This document shows positions 29,618 to 39,038 of a stretch of DNA of 64,000 nucleotides, piece by piece. Numbering within the stretch: the stretch's first letter is position 1; every line of letters starts with the position of its first letter. Both the position numbers and the translations under genes were made by a program. The DNA comes from Promethearchaeota archaeon. GTDB taxonomy: Archaea > Asgardarchaeota > Lokiarchaeia > Sigyniarchaeales > SOKP01. Location of the stretch: the NCBI GenBank assembly GCA_048940445.1, contig JBHLON010000014.1, positions 1-64,000 on the forward strand, given 5' to 3'. The notes beneath the pieces were generated by a model, which worked only from the letters and a program-made list of their open reading frames with translations, did no database searches and was not told the origin of the DNA.

Positions 29618-30415
29618 ATGAACAGAAAATATAGAGGACTTTTATCAATAACATGTTTAGCAATTTTTGGGATTTTAATCATGGGCGCTATACCAGCAGT
29701 ACAGGGAGCCTCTTCGATCAAAAGACCACTTGATGATTGGTTTTATGATGTCTTTGGTTACGATCTCAATCCCAACGTTGGTGGGTGGGTTGACGGATAT
29801 CAAGTAAGACCTCAAGGCATAGATTATAATATGACCACTGATGAGTGGATCTATCAACCGATTTGGGAATGTACATATGATGGCTTTATCCTTGATAGAG
29901 ACATGCATGATGGTCGACATATGATTACAGTTAATATAAACGTCAAAAATGCTCCAGTTATCGTTGCTCCACCTTTTGGGAGTGGAGGATATTATTGGGT
30001 TTTCCAAGGTTTTATGGATTATAAATATCAATATAATTTCATAATAGACATAGAGGTTTGGGCTGGCTGGCTGATAATGTTGGGCTTTGATGATGATGGC
30101 TTCGACGAATATGGAAATATCCTGTTACCTAGATGGGACCTACCCATGGTTTATGGCTCAGTCTTCGGATTTGAATTCATATCAGTGCATTTTCATGGTG
30201 ATGGAGAAGGAACAATAGTTAACTATTGGGATGAGTCCTGGGTGGGAAATGGAGATCGTATTTGGGAACCAGGTGAATCAGCAAAATTGAGTACTAATAT
30301 GGTTGGACTTGTAAAGGATGATTTCAAACTAGATCATCCCAATTATTGGCCCTCAGAGTATTCTGGATTGCCTTGGAGTGTATTATGGGCAGTTGACTTC
30401 GTAAAATTACATTAA
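29618..30415 (+). CDS. Secreted hypothetical protein (paralog of 25556-26326)
   Basis: Signal peptide; KRPLDDW, INVKNAP, KDDFKLDHPNY, WAVDFV. Confidence 0.8.
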   Translation: MNRKYRGLLSITCLAIFGILIMGAIPAVQGASSIKRPLDDWFYDVFGYDLNPNVGGWVDGYQVRPQGIDYNMTTDEWIYQPIWECTYDGFILDRDMHDGRHMITVNINVKNAPVIVAPPFGSGGYYWVFQGFMDYKYQYNFIIDIEVWAGWLIMLGFDDDGFDEYGNILLPRWDLPMVYGSVFGFEFISVHFHGDGEGTIVNYWDESWVGNGDRIWEPGESAKLSTNMVGLVKDDFKLDHPNYWPSEYSGLPWSVLWAVDFVKLH

Positions 30416-30444
30416 ATTGCTAAAAGAAATTACTCTCAATACTA

Positions 30445-30532
30445 TATATAGAAAATGGAGGATCATGACTAAAGAGAGGGCGTTCCGAGAGACTTTATCA
30501 TAACTCCTCCTTTTCTATATTCCTTTTTTTTT
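30445..30532 (+). terminator. Conserved GGAGGA/TCCTCC hairpin plus poly-T
   Basis: atatagaaaatGGAGGA-tcatgactaaag...ctttatcataac-TCCTCCttttctatat then a T run. Confidence 0.65.
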
Positions 30533-30568
30533 CTATGTAAGATAAATTTAATATATTAAGTAAAATAA

Positions 30569-31123
30569 TTGAAATCGATGATACACATTACTTATTTCGT
30601 TCATGGTACTTCTATTCATAACAAAAAAGGAATAGCTGCTGGATGGCAAGGAAGTAAACTTTCTAATAAAGGTAAAAGGCAAGCAAAAAAACTAGGATTT
30701 TTAGTGTTTGATAAAAAATTTGATGTAATTTTTAGCTCAGATTTAACGAGGGCTATTGAAACCGCCAAATTAGCCTTTTCGAATAAATATAGAATAATTG
30801 AAGACAAGAGATTACGAGAAATTAATTTCGGAGATTATACCAATTTAAGAGTTACACTATTAAAACCTAAACAAGTTAATTATATAGATAACCCGTTTCC
30901 TTCTGGTGAAAGTTATAAGGATGTGGAAACCAGGATGGCAAATTTTCTTAATTTTTTAAAAAATGATCATCAAAATAAAAATGTGGTTATTGTGGCTCAC
31001 CAAGCACCCCAATTAGCCTTAGAAGTGTTATTAAATAATAAAACTTGGATTCAAGCTTTCAACGATGATTGGAGAGTTAAAGGAAAATGGCAACCAGGGT
31101 GGGAATATATAATTAATTATTGA
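30569..31123 (+). CDS. Histidine phosphatase (phosphoglycerate mutase) family protein
   Basis: VHG (RHG variant), LS..G..QA, SSDL.RA.ETA, LRE..FG, P.GES, VAH. Confidence 0.85.
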   Translation: MKSMIHITYFVHGTSIHNKKGIAAGWQGSKLSNKGKRQAKKLGFLVFDKKFDVIFSSDLTRAIETAKLAFSNKYRIIEDKRLREINFGDYTNLRVTLLKPKQVNYIDNPFPSGESYKDVETRMANFLNFLKNDHQNKNVVIVAHQAPQLALEVLLNNKTWIQAFNDDWRVKGKWQPGWEYIINY

Positions 31124-31127
31124 ATTT

Positions 31128-32078
31128 TTAAATATTGAATCCATCGTCAAAGTCATCAAACTCATCCCCATCGATCTCAACGTCAAATCTCTCTACTTCC
31201 TGTTCTTTAAGCTTTTTCTTAAGTTCTCTTCGTTCTTTGTGAGTTTGATCATAGCGCTTAATATAGATTTTTTCATACTTCTCTCGTAATTTTTCTACAC
31301 TTTCAACCTGTCCAATTTTATCTTGTAATCCATCTTCAAAAAACCAATTCCTTTTAAATTCTTTTGCAGGAATCCCAACATAAATATAATCATCTCTTAG
31401 CACTTGACCTACTGTTGTGACCGAATTAGCCGCTAGTACACTTCGTTTTCCAATATGAGTTCCTGGCATTACTATTGCATGTGAACCGATTCTAACATCA
31501 TCTTCAATGATAGTTTTGCGAATAATTAGTAAATTGCCTATAATAACGCTGGATTGGATTATAGCTCCTTGACCTACAACGCAATTCTTTCCGAATTCAA
31601 TAAACTCTGTATCCACCCAACCTTCGAATAACGAGTTGGAAAATTTAGTTCGAACTCCAAAAACCTTAAAGCAAATATTATCCAAAAAGGGGAATGGAAA
31701 TTTATGAGCTAACCAAAAAGGAAATCTTTTTATTGTGCTTCTTAAACTCCAGTATCGATAATCCTTATCAGATGGATGTCGTAAAAAAGTTCCTTCTCGT
31801 GGTTTATGAATAGCATTTACTATTACAAGAATTATTTTTGCAAAAAGAATAGCAGAAAATACTGCAGTAACGTACATCACAAAAAATAAGAGTGGTAAAA
31901 AAGTATAGAAATGAATTGGCCTTACATAATCCCACAACCATTGCCAATATGCCCAAAATTCAAGCAATAATGGGAGAATAGTAGCCCAAATTATTATAAT
32001 ATAAAAACTTAAATATCGTTTCTTTACTAAAACCGTCGGTAAAAACGGCCCAACTCGCATTGTATTCGGAACTGACAT
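31128..32078 (-). CDS. Membrane plus left-handed beta-helix module, type C (Pls/PosA terminal-repeat-like)
   Basis: 2 TM, HKPREG.F, YRYW, hexapeptide repeats, YVGIPA. Confidence 0.75.
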   Translation of the reverse strand: MSVPNTMRVGPFLPTVLVKKRYLSFYIIIIWATILPLLLEFWAYWQWLWDYVRPIHFYTFLPLLFFVMYVTAVFSAILFAKIILVIVNAIHKPREGTFLRHPSDKDYRYWSLRSTIKRFPFWLAHKFPFPFLDNICFKVFGVRTKFSNSLFEGWVDTEFIEFGKNCVVGQGAIIQSSVIIGNLLIIRKTIIEDDVRIGSHAIVMPGTHIGKRSVLAANSVTTVGQVLRDDYIYVGIPAKEFKRNWFFEDGLQDKIGQVESVEKLREKYEKIYIKRYDQTHKERRELKKKLKEQEVERFDVEIDGDEFDDFDDGFNI

Positions 32079-32094
32079 CTCTTCTCAATCCTTT

Positions 32095-33969
32095 TTAATT
32101 ATCCTTTGTTTTTACTAATTTAAGTTTATCCTTATCAATATTTACATCGTGCTCTACTTCAAACTTTTCAGAATCATCTACTTCTCTCTTTATTATTATA
32201 TCCCTTCGCTCCTCAGCATATTTATTCTCTTTCAACTTAATTGCGGGAATACCAAAATAAACCCACGTAGGTTCAAGAATTTGATTCATTGTAGTACTTG
32301 AAATAGCACCTATAACAGAATCATGTCCCATGATTGTTCCTGGAGCGATAGTGGTATGTCCACCAACTAACACATAGTTATCAAAAATCACTTGCTTTAT
32401 AATTAAATACTTTCCAACTACCATGGAGGACATAATTGTGGCTCCTTGACCTATCAAATTTTTCCTTCCAAAAGTGATAAATTCACCATCACACCAAGCA
32501 TCATTGAGATGGCTTGAAAAATCCATCTTCGTACCAAACCATTTAAATGCTAACGCATCTATCCAAGGGAGCGGAGAATTTCTTAAGAACCACAAAGCAA
32601 CTTTCTTCAATTCTGTGCGTAACATCCAAAACTCGTAATCTGTATTACCAACCTTAGCTAAAAATGTACCCTCTTTTGGTTTATGGATTAAATTTACCAG
32701 AATCAATAATAATTTGCTAAATAATAAAGCACCAAGAATAAAAATATATAACATTGATATAATCGCTATAGGAAGGAAAAAAATTGAGCCTGGATGAAGT
32801 CCTTCCTTAGAGTATTCATACCAATATAAACATATAAACAAACCACTCAACCAGAATATTGGTAAGTATACTGCTAAAAACTTAATATTAATTCTACTAA
32901 TTGCACTACTTGTTGTAAAATCCAAAGCAAGATCTTCATGTGTTAAATTATCTACATTAACTTGCTCAAAATCGGCTATATTACTTTCTTCCACATCTTC
33001 TAAATCCTCTTCTTCATTGAAATCCTCTACTTTTGAAACTGAATTTATTATGATTTCTTTTTCCTCTTCACTTTTCTTTATAAATTCTTCTGGATTCTCA
33101 TTTTTTTCTAAGTCTTCTTCAGTTAATCTTAACCAACTCATAGTCTTTTTTCTAAAAATCTTTCTAAGAGGAATTCCGAAATAATAGTTATTATTTCCTT
33201 TAAGAACACTATGTGCACTTGTTGATGATAATGGAAGTAAATAAGCATCGCTATGAATCTCAGATCCTGGACCAATCTGGTTCATAGCAGCAAGAGTAAC
33301 GTTATCTCCCACATTAATTTTGAAATAATTAATATTACCAAATATTCCAGTCAATAAATGAGATGCTAAAGTTGAGTTAACTCCGATGTAAGCGTTTTTG
33401 CCAACATCTATAAATTTATCAGATCCTACTGACTCTTCTATTGTACTTCCCTTTCCAACCTTAGAATCAATTTGTCTAAGGAACCAATTATAAAGCCAAG
33501 GAAATGCTCCTTTATTAAAAACATTCTTACCATATTTAAGCATAAAACTTCTTAAATGATAATAATTTGCAGTCTTACTTTTAATATTTCTGGGAATTAT
33601 ACCATTTTTTGATGAAGAAATTTTCTCAGTAATTGCCCAAAAAATCCTTGTAATGATTCCAATTAAGAATAATCTAACTAAATAACAGATAATTATAACC
33701 AATGGCATACATAATAAAGATATTAAAGGTTCTAATTTAATAAATAAAAAAACAAAATTGGTTGTCTCTAAAAAATTTGGAAGTAAAACGAAAATCACAT
33801 AAGAAAAGAATATGAAACCAGGAACCAACCAAGAACCATAATAAATAATAAAAAAGATGGAAATATACCAATGAAATTGAAGGCTCACCTCTTCCTTAAC
33901 TACTTCTTCTTCATTATTTTTATCTGAATCTTCATTCTTTCTTGAATCTTCAGACATTTTCTTCATCAA
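32095..33969 (-). CDS. Fused type A+B membrane/LbH modules
   Basis: Two TM+hexapeptide units separated by an acidic linker; each ends YFGIP. Confidence 0.75.
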   Translation of the reverse strand: MMKKMSEDSRKNEDSDKNNEEEVVKEEVSLQFHWYISIFFIIYYGSWLVPGFIFFSYVIFVLLPNFLETTNFVFLFIKLEPLISLLCMPLVIIICYLVRLFLIGIITRIFWAITEKISSSKNGIIPRNIKSKTANYYHLRSFMLKYGKNVFNKGAFPWLYNWFLRQIDSKVGKGSTIEESVGSDKFIDVGKNAYIGVNSTLASHLLTGIFGNINYFKINVGDNVTLAAMNQIGPGSEIHSDAYLLPLSSTSAHSVLKGNNNYYFGIPLRKIFRKKTMSWLRLTEEDLEKNENPEEFIKKSEEEKEIIINSVSKVEDFNEEEDLEDVEESNIADFEQVNVDNLTHEDLALDFTTSSAISRINIKFLAVYLPIFWLSGLFICLYWYEYSKEGLHPGSIFFLPIAIISMLYIFILGALLFSKLLLILVNLIHKPKEGTFLAKVGNTDYEFWMLRTELKKVALWFLRNSPLPWIDALAFKWFGTKMDFSSHLNDAWCDGEFITFGRKNLIGQGATIMSSMVVGKYLIIKQVIFDNYVLVGGHTTIAPGTIMGHDSVIGAISSTTMNQILEPTWVYFGIPAIKLKENKYAEERRDIIIKREVDDSEKFEVEHDVNIDKDKLKLVKTKDN

Positions 33970-34125
33970 ATATAGGTTTGAAAAATATAAATAAATTGGT
34001 AAGTAATTTTTACTTAAAATTACTACTCTATATTAATTGTAGTTATTTTTTGTATCTTTTAAAGTTAAGTTATTAATATTTTCATGATTTTTTTTGACTC
34101 TTAATAAATTTTATTTACGATAATT

Positions 34126-34521
34126 ATGAAAAGCGCGAAGAAAATATGTAAAAATTGTGGAATGTGCTGTCAGAGGACAGAAATGTTGGTATCAGAACTA
34201 GATATTCAATTAATAGCACAAACTTTGAATTTGACTAGAAATGATTTTATAATAATAAATGAATTCGATATCCCTCAATTAAAGAATAAAGATAATCACT
34301 GTGTCTTCTTAGATTATACATCTAAGTTTTGTACTATATATAAAATTAGACCAAAAGGCTGTAGATTTTATCCATTAGTTTATGATAAAGATAAGAGCAA
34401 ATGTATTTATGATTCAGATTGCCCAAGAGTTAAGAATTTTTATTTAGAGAAAGTTGATTTTCAGGAAGTATGTAATAATCTTAAAAATTTTATCAAATCT
34501 GAATTAAAAATCAAATTATAA
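34126..34521 (+). CDS. YkgJ-family cysteine-cluster protein
   Basis: CKNCGMCC ... C.FL ... C.IY..RP.GCRFYP. Confidence 0.9.
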   Translation: MKSAKKICKNCGMCCQRTEMLVSELDIQLIAQTLNLTRNDFIIINEFDIPQLKNKDNHCVFLDYTSKFCTIYKIRPKGCRFYPLVYDKDKSKCIYDSDCPRVKNFYLEKVDFQEVCNNLKNFIKSELKIKL

Positions 34522-35518
34522 AAACTGTTTTAATGTGATCTCTACTTCTTTGATACGAATTAAATGCTTCAGAAAATTTTTCTAATGGAAATTCTTTTGA
34601 AATTAGTTCATTAACCTTAATTTTTCCTGACTTTAATCCTTCTATTGCTTTATCAAATGGACCACATCGACTAGTATATAGGGTGAGCTCTCGTACAACC
34701 ATATCCGTTAAATTCAGTTTTGTTCCTAATCCATGTGTACTTTTTACATGTATTTTTCCACGAGTTCTACAAGATGCAATAACATTTGAAATTGCATTTG
34801 GATTACCAGTGGCATCTAGAGTTATATCAGCTCCTAAATCGTCTGTAAACTTTTTGATTTGATTTGGGATATCATTATTTTTTAAACGGTTTATCAGAAA
34901 TTTAGCCCCGAACTTTTTTGCTAATTCGAGTTTCTTATTAGACCCATCTATTGCAATTACCTCAAGACCATTCAAAATTGCAACCTGAATAATTAACAAA
35001 CCCAATTTCCCAGCCCCGAAAATGGCAATAGTTTTATCATCATCACCTATAGGCATTGTCTCAAAAGTCTGGTAAGCTGCAGCTAAAGGTTCTATGAATG
35101 ATGCTTCTTTAAAAGAAATATCCGCTGGGATTTCATGTAATAAATAAGAATCAACTGCAATATAATTTGCAAATGCGCCATCTATATCAATTCCTATAGC
35201 TTTTCGAGATATGCATTGAGTGAATAGATTTTGTTGACAAAAATAACAATTAAAGTCAATATTAGCATTGATTTCAGAAGTAACACGTTTCCCCAACCAT
35301 TTTCGATTTACCTTTTTACCTAATTCTATAACTACGCCCGCAAATTCATGTCCTAAAACAATTGGTATAGGTGTAGTTAAATCTCCTCTTAAAATTGCTA
35401 AATCTGTTCCGCATATTCCTGCAGTTTTTATCTCTATTAAAGCTTGATTATCATCAATTTTCGGCGTTTCAATATCTTTTATTATCAACTCTTTTCCATC
35501 AAATAATACGGCTTTCAT
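34511..35518 (-). CDS. Zn-dependent alcohol dehydrogenase (MDR family)
   Basis: GICGTD, GHEFAG, C..C...C, EPLA, GAGKLG. Confidence 0.9.
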   Translation of the reverse strand: MKAVLFDGKELIIKDIETPKIDDNQALIEIKTAGICGTDLAILRGDLTTPIPIVLGHEFAGVVIELGKKVNRKWLGKRVTSEINANIDFNCYFCQQNLFTQCISRKAIGIDIDGAFANYIAVDSYLLHEIPADISFKEASFIEPLAAAYQTFETMPIGDDDKTIAIFGAGKLGLLIIQVAILNGLEVIAIDGSNKKLELAKKFGAKFLINRLKNNDIPNQIKKFTDDLGADITLDATGNPNAISNVIASCRTRGKIHVKSTHGLGTKLNLTDMVVRELTLYTSRCGPFDKAIEGLKSGKIKVNELISKEFPLEKFSEAFNSYQRSRDHIKTVFII

Positions 35519-35626
35519 AATTTATTGAGTAGTTTTAATATTATAAATATAAAATGATAAATTCTCAAATTAATGTTAAGTTTTGAATAATGCTTATTTA
35601 TGTATAATAAAGATTATGTACTTTAA

Positions 35627-36217
35627 TTGGCCTTATTTTGGTGTATTAGAATTCTAATAAAAATTTTAAATTGTGATTATATGCAAAAATCAATATTGAT
35701 ATGGGAAATCATTGGTATGGTCTTTATTACTTTATTAGGATCTTTGATGCATTTTGCATTTGAATTATCAGGCTATTTTCTACCAGTTGGAGCAGTTGCT
35801 GCGGTAAATGAGAGTGTATGGGAACATTTGAAGCTAGGATTTTGGCCATTAATTTTATTTGCATTAATTGAGTATGGTTTCATTAGAAAGAAGACAGAGA
35901 ATTTTGTAATTGCTAAGGGAGTTGCTGCTTTCGTTATACCGATTGTTATTGTTGTGTTCTTTTATAGCTACACGGCTATTCTAGGTACTGACTCTCTATT
36001 CTTGGACATATTTAGCTTTATCTTGGCTATAGTAATTGCTCAGTTAATTAGTTATAAAGTTTTAACTTTACCCAAAATCTCAAAAATTTATGCGATTATT
36101 TCTTTAATGTTAGTCATTACACTTGGAATCTTATTTGTCGTATTTACTTACTATCCGCCTCACTTTTTTCTTTTTGAGGATCCAATAACAAGTTCCTATG
36201 GAATTGTAATTCACTAA
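35627..36217 (+). CDS. Integral membrane protein (DUF6512-like); likely start ATG 35681
   Basis: LMHF, VNESVWEHLKL, FTYYPP. Confidence 0.65.
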   Translation: MALFWCIRILIKILNCDYMQKSILIWEIIGMVFITLLGSLMHFAFELSGYFLPVGAVAAVNESVWEHLKLGFWPLILFALIEYGFIRKKTENFVIAKGVAAFVIPIVIVVFFYSYTAILGTDSLFLDIFSFILAIVIAQLISYKVLTLPKISKIYAIISLMLVITLGILFVVFTYYPPHFFLFEDPITSSYGIVIH

Positions 36218-36300
36218 TAGTGAAATCTAAATTCAAATCAATTTACTTTTTTAATTCTTTTTCATATATAATTATCTGAACTATTCTTAATTTTAGTATA

Positions 36301-37935
36301 ATGCCCCAATTTGACTTTGATATAGAGATTCAAAAGTATTTTAATAATTTTTATGCAGATATAGACCGTGTCAATTGGGAAAAATGGTTGGACATATCAA
36401 GTAGTGAAGAATATCTAGAGCTAGCGCTAAAGTTATCAGGCTTGTCTTCTATTGATGGTCTTTTTGATAGGCTTAACACTGAAACAACCGAGTCAAAAAA
36501 GATTTCTTTGAATTTAAGTGCCTTCCTCAGTAGCTATGGTAATTCTAGCATTCCAATATTATGTCATACTTCTGGAACGACTAATAATAAAATTTCAGCA
36601 TTAAAATGGTTTCATATGTCTAAAGCTATAGTTAAGAGAAATTGGGCTCCTGGTATGCAAGCTATTTTTGAATCAAGTGGCTTAAACAGAAATTCATCAG
36701 CTGTAATATTCGTTCCCTCAAGGATTAAATTTGATGGCCTTAAAACTTTTGAAGGTCAAAGATACATTTCATTATATTCATCTGAGTTTTCCCAGAGAGT
36801 AATGCTTTCAATAATTAAACCAAAAGCATTTTCTTTTTATGAGTATAAGAATTCAAAGAATCTGGACGTCATAGCCAAGATTTTAAGTTTAGAAGGAATA
36901 GCTGTTATTTCTGCTCCAGCATTAACTATCTTGGGATGGGCAGATTTAGAAAAATTACAAACAGGTATAAAAAATTCGTTAGAAAACTTACCAAAAGAAA
37001 AAAATTCAATTCTTGAAAAATTTTTATCTATTATCGAAAGGAAAGGCATAGAAAAAGCTTCTGAGATTATACAAAATAAACTCTCCGAAAAATTATCTGA
37101 AGCAACCCTTATATTTAGTATAAGTTCTCTTTCTGAACAGAATTGGTCTTTGATACGTAAATTTATGAAATGGAAAAAGGGGAATGAGCGATTTACGAAT
37201 CTTTATGTAGCATCAGAAATTGGTCCATTTGCAGCTAGTATTTCAAAAGGAGATTTTAAACTTTCGCATTTAAACAGAATGTATGTTTTTCCTCTTACTA
37301 TACCTATATTAGAATATAAAAACAAGAGAAGATTAATCTCTGAAGTGTCAAATCAAATAGGTAAACTTTTTATTTCAAGAATGGGTAATAAAAAAGCCTT
37401 AATTAATATCAATGTAGGAGATATAATAACTGCTATGAATTCAGAAGGGTTGCCTCAGATAGATGGGAAAATTATTAGATCAAGCTTTCAATTAAATTAT
37501 AAGTTAAAGTTATCTAAAAAAGTTGAAGTTCCTTATAAGCATGAGATTTTAGCCGGGGATTATTTTTCCTTAAATGAATTAATCATCAACCAACCTAGAA
37601 ATTTAGTAAATTGTCTGAAACTTAACTGTAACTTGCAAACTGATGCCTTATTGCTTATAAAAAGAGAAAGCAATTCTTGGGAATTGGTTCTCCCTTTAGA
37701 TTTGAAATCAAGCTGTGTAAATGCAACAGAAGTATTAGAGACTATATTGAAATGCCCAACTCAAGCAGATCTTTATCAGGCAATTAGAAATAAGTCAATT
37801 AATTTAAAATTTATAGAAGATTTACCTGTTGATTTTCTAGCAACCCGAGAAGCTATATTAAAAAAAGTAAGAGAGGGGCAAATACCTAAAGGTATTTTAA
37901 AGAAGTGGCCTTTATATGTGATTTCACCTTGTTAA
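36301..37935 (+). CDS. GH3/ANL-like adenylate-forming enzyme
   Basis: HTSGTT P-loop-like motif, YVASE, NVGDII...I.R. Confidence 0.6.
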   Translation: MPQFDFDIEIQKYFNNFYADIDRVNWEKWLDISSSEEYLELALKLSGLSSIDGLFDRLNTETTESKKISLNLSAFLSSYGNSSIPILCHTSGTTNNKISALKWFHMSKAIVKRNWAPGMQAIFESSGLNRNSSAVIFVPSRIKFDGLKTFEGQRYISLYSSEFSQRVMLSIIKPKAFSFYEYKNSKNLDVIAKILSLEGIAVISAPALTILGWADLEKLQTGIKNSLENLPKEKNSILEKFLSIIERKGIEKASEIIQNKLSEKLSEATLIFSISSLSEQNWSLIRKFMKWKKGNERFTNLYVASEIGPFAASISKGDFKLSHLNRMYVFPLTIPILEYKNKRRLISEVSNQIGKLFISRMGNKKALININVGDIITAMNSEGLPQIDGKIIRSSFQLNYKLKLSKKVEVPYKHEILAGDYFSLNELIINQPRNLVNCLKLNCNLQTDALLLIKRESNSWELVLPLDLKSSCVNATEVLETILKCPTQADLYQAIRNKSINLKFIEDLPVDFLATREAILKKVREGQIPKGILKKWPLYVISPC

Positions 37936-38021
37936 ACAAAAATAAAACTAATAAGTTATAAAAAGACACTATAAATTCCTTATTGATTTTAATTATACAT
38001 AACAATAAATTGGTTTTTAAA

Positions 38022-38495
38022 ATGAAAGATAAATTCAATTTCGTTGGTACAAAGATTAATGAATTCGAATTATCAAATTCTCGAGGAGAAAACAAAAATA
38101 TACGAGATTTACAAGGACAGAATGTGGTACTTGTATTATTTAGAAGTAAAAATTGACCTTATTCTAAAGCTCATGCCCAGAAACTTAGTAAAGACTATGA
38201 AAAGTTCAAAGATTTTAATGCAGTACTTTTTACTATTTTACCCGATGATTTTAAGAGCGCAAAGATATTCGAAGAAAATTTCGCGAAAAATGCATTTCCA
38301 ATATTCTATGATAATAAAAAGAAGGTAAATAAAATGTTAAAACAAGAAGTTAAACCTTTAAAACTGGGACGGATGCCAGCCCTTCTTATTATAGATAAAG
38401 AAGGAATTATTAGATATGCATACTATAGTGATTCTATGTCCGATATCCCCGAGAATGAAGTTGTATTTGAAGTACTTAAAAATCTTAATAAATAA
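38022..38495 (+). CDS. AhpC/TSA peroxiredoxin-like protein with in-frame TGA (probable selenocysteine, codon 45)
   Basis: ...VVLVLFRSKN-TGA(38154-38156)-PYSK... continues in frame to PALLIIDKEGIIRYAY...DIPENE and TAA at 38493-38495; 157 aa. Confidence 0.8.
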
Positions 38496-38639
38496 TATGA
38501 TTTGGTATGAATAAAATATAAAAAATTGTTGAATTTTATTCTTAGAAGTTAGCCATACTTTACCAAATCAAAATCCTTTTACTAAATAACTGCATTTTGA
38601 AATTTGTTCACCAAGAATTATTATAAATTTGAAATAGTC

Positions 38640-39035
38640 TTACTTCTCGACCTTCCATCTTTTAACTTTTTTGACAGGATTCGGTAATCGACTTTTTAAC
38701 CACTTTGTAGCATCATCGGGAGTAAAACTCTTAGATTTTGATTCAATTAACCAAGATAAAAATTCATCAGGACCTCCATTCATATATGGAGGTGGAGAAA
38801 CAGGCATGAAAACAGTGGGTAATGTTTCCTCTAATGATAAACAATTTAGTACATGTCCCAACTCTTGGACAACATTCCAAGCTAATGGATGTTCTATATC
38901 TATTCTAAATTTTACCCACCACAAACCATTTTCAATACCATTACTTATTGATCCAGTTATTGAAGGAACTTCCTTAAGAAAGTGAAGTAAATTATCAAAA
39001 GATTGATTAATCATAATAAATCTAAGAATTACCAT
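38640..39035 (-). CDS. Conserved hypothetical protein
   Basis: Protein-like composition; WWVKF.IDI.HPLAW.VVQELGHVLN...PVSPPPY.NGGP motif. Confidence 0.7.
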   Translation of the reverse strand: MVILRFIMINQSFDNLLHFLKEVPSITGSISNGIENGLWWVKFRIDIEHPLAWNVVQELGHVLNCLSLEETLPTVFMPVSPPPYMNGGPDEFLSWLIESKSKSFTPDDATKWLKSRLPNPVKKVKRWKVEK

Positions 39036-39038
39036 ATC

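Noticed and set aside
38044-38328. 94-aa ORF from the track
   Set aside because: Out-of-frame shadow of the Prx-like TGA-readthrough gene at 38022-38495.
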